Origin: a virus
IMG/VR virus record: IMGVR_UViG_3300042892_003562
Span: 9,926 to 73,925 of that record
Reading direction: 5' to 3' (one strand)
DNA length: 64,000 bases
The notes under the pieces were generated by a model. It was not told where the DNA came from. It searched no databases and worked only from the letters and a program-made list of their open reading frames with translations. The number at the start of each line of letters is the position of its first letter. Within the stretch, counting starts at the first letter, position 1. Both the position numbers and the translations under genes were made by a program. Of the stretch, positions 62,672 through 64,000 are shown piece after piece.

Positions 62672-62762
62672 CTTTAGCCCGGCTAAACGTGGATGGGTTT
62701 GTTTACCCTCGGCACGTAAAAACCCGTAAAGTTACACGCCTGACCGACGTAATCGGTCACTC

Positions 62763-62929
62763 CATTCCAGCCTCCGCAGTGAGGGCATTCTGAAACCGAC
62801 TACTTGGGGTAAAGGGCATTGCCGCCGCCAGCCCTATTCAATCCACCTTGGCCCACCGATTAGCTGTCGGTCACAGCATGTGGTGAGGGAGGGAAGTAAG
62901 AGTGAGCGACCTGGCCGGAGGTTGGAATG
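62763..62929 (+). ncRNA. candidate structured intergenic RNA
   Basis: 14-bp closing stem CATTCCAGCCTCCG/CGGAGGTTGGAATG (one G-U) enclosing about 140 nt with internal hairpins. Confidence 0.45.
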
Positions 62930-63056
62930 TGGTAACGAGTAGAACCATCCATCGGGCAAGCACACCGCTTGCTGCCACACGAATTAAACTGCCGCCTCGT
63001 CAGAGCGGACACCGGATCAGTAACCGGATATTCAACAAACCAGAAACCATGAAACA

Positions 63057-63344
63057 ATGAAACTAAACGAAGAACAACTAAACACCATCATCGCTTCATA
63101 CGAGAGATTGGATATTGCAACTAAGAACGCCGAAAGGGCAGGTTGCCTTGACATGAATGGTCCGCTTTTCGACGCAATCTGGCGTGGGTTTGAAAACGTA
63201 GTGAGCGTGGTGGATGAGGATACATGGATATCATGGTTCATTTATGACAACGACATGGGCAAAAAAGGCTTGAGCGTCACGATCAACGAAAAGAAAATGA
63301 AGGTCAAGACAGTAAAGGCACTCCTGAAAATAATGAACTCATGA
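63057..63344 (+). CDS. hypothetical protein
   Basis: 95 aa with a WISWFIYDNDMGKK motif; AT-rich. Confidence 0.7.
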   Translation: MKLNEEQLNTIIASYERLDIATKNAERAGCLDMNGPLFDAIWRGFENVVSVVDEDTWISWFIYDNDMGKKGLSVTINEKKMKVKTVKALLKIMNS

Positions 63345-63739
63345 AAACTATGAATACAGACACACCAGAGACAAATGCTGTTAAAAGACCACAGGGATTA
63401 CGCGCTTGTGCCGATGGCTTAGATGTAAATCCAGATAAGGCTTTTGCACAGAAGTGCATGAGGCACGCTGCCGACCGTATGGAACAACTCGAACGCGAGC
63501 GCGACGAGGCGCGCGAAGATTTGAAATTCAAAGAGAAGTTATGCGCCGAGCTGACGAAACAGCTACGCGAGGAGCAACAGCTGCATGTCCAGACGCTGAA
63601 CGAGCGCGACCAATGGAGGAACGAGCACGACCGAGTGGTGCATGAATATCAACACCGTATGATGGTGATCGGGATATCCGTGATCAATGCAACCAGTTAT
63701 CCAGAGAACGTCGATGTGGAGGCACGCTGTGAGTCCTGA
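63341..63739 (+). CDS. hypothetical coiled-coil protein (TPETxA...LERERDEAR family)
   Basis: Typical small-phage motif; ATGA-coupled. Confidence 0.7.
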   Translation: MKTMNTDTPETNAVKRPQGLRACADGLDVNPDKAFAQKCMRHAADRMEQLERERDEAREDLKFKEKLCAELTKQLREEQQLHVQTLNERDQWRNEHDRVVHEYQHRMMVIGISVINATSYPENVDVEARCES

Positions 63740-64000
63740 ACAACAAAGAATCGCCATCGCGGAAGCGTGTGGGTGGAAATTGGTTACGGATAATCCAGAA
63801 TATGAGCCATACTGGGAAGACCCAAAAGGAAATATGGTTGCTGTTAGCAACGGTGTTCATAGATTGCCCGACTACCTCAACGACCTCAACGCGATGGCAG
63901 CAGCCGAGTCCATCATCATCAAGGCTGGGGCGCAAACCATTCGGCTTTATGAGGACGCACTCCAAAAGTTTGTTGCTAACATCGTATTTGCCACCGCCGC
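63729..64000 (+). CDS. hypothetical protein, truncated at the window end
   Basis: GTG start; SPEQQRIAIAEACGW...LPDYLNDLNAM. Confidence 0.65.
   Translation, partial: MSPEQQRIAIAEACGWKLVTDNPEYEPYWEDPKGNMVAVSNGVHRLPDYLNDLNAMAAAESIIIKAGAQTIRLYEDALQKFVANIVFATA

Larger units (their letters stand above)
380..62687. repeat. Dispersed 15-bp palindromic repeat TTTAGC(C/T)NG(A/G)CTAAA, 26 copies
   Basis: Copies read directly, starting at 380, 2441, 5325, 6898, 10536, 12584, 14198, 17922, 21993, 24093, 26996, 32190, 33819, 34553, 39512, 40662, 46867, 48834, 49294, 51012, 53349, 56552, 57678, 58739, 59357, 62673. Arms TTTAG/CTAAA are invariant; the centre is CCTGA/TCAGG, CCCGG/CCGGG, CCCGA or CTTGG. Confidence 0.97.

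Noticed and set aside
380-62687. Palindrome interpreted as a CRISPR repeat, REP/MITE or IS end
   Set aside because: Copies are single, 15 bp, kilobases apart, and lack spacers, target-site duplications, or a cas/transposase gene.
1-64000. Stop-codon reassignment or a diversity-generating retroelement
   Set aside because: Genes are full length in the standard code using TAA, TAG and TGA; no reverse transcriptase or TR/VR pair was seen.

Overview
This 64-kb window is most of a GC-rich tailed dsDNA phage genome with a podovirus-like virion module and no tape-measure gene. The + strand arm (59.8-64 kb, then 0.4-14.4 kb) holds many small early genes plus a DUF932 protein, an LmbU-like regulator, a T7-gp4/Twinkle-type primase-helicase, MazG-like and DUF6378 proteins, an SSB-like protein and several HNH endonucleases. 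The - strand arm (56.5 to 14.4 kb) carries terminase, portal, scaffold, major capsid, tail fibre/spike, lysis and ejection proteins, and ends in a 5486-aa giant virion protein. No DNA polymerase, integrase or canonical tRNA is recognisable in the window. Two observations stand out. (1) The large terminase has a 341-aa intein in its Walker A motif whose central region is not an in-frame endonuclease. An intact HTH-HNH endonuclease gene lies on the opposite strand inside the intein, with its own candidate promoter, while the intein frame stays stop-free. (2) A 15-bp palindrome, TTTAGC(C/T)NG(A/G)CTAAA, occurs 26 times, spread over the whole window: next to start codons, over stop codons, upstream of promoters and inside coding regions using rare codons. 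Other findings are leaderless sigma70-like promoters, several structured intergenic RNA candidates, insertion scars that duplicate gene ends, and a signal-peptide-bearing tailspike. All functional calls come from motif recognition by eye; no database searches were run.
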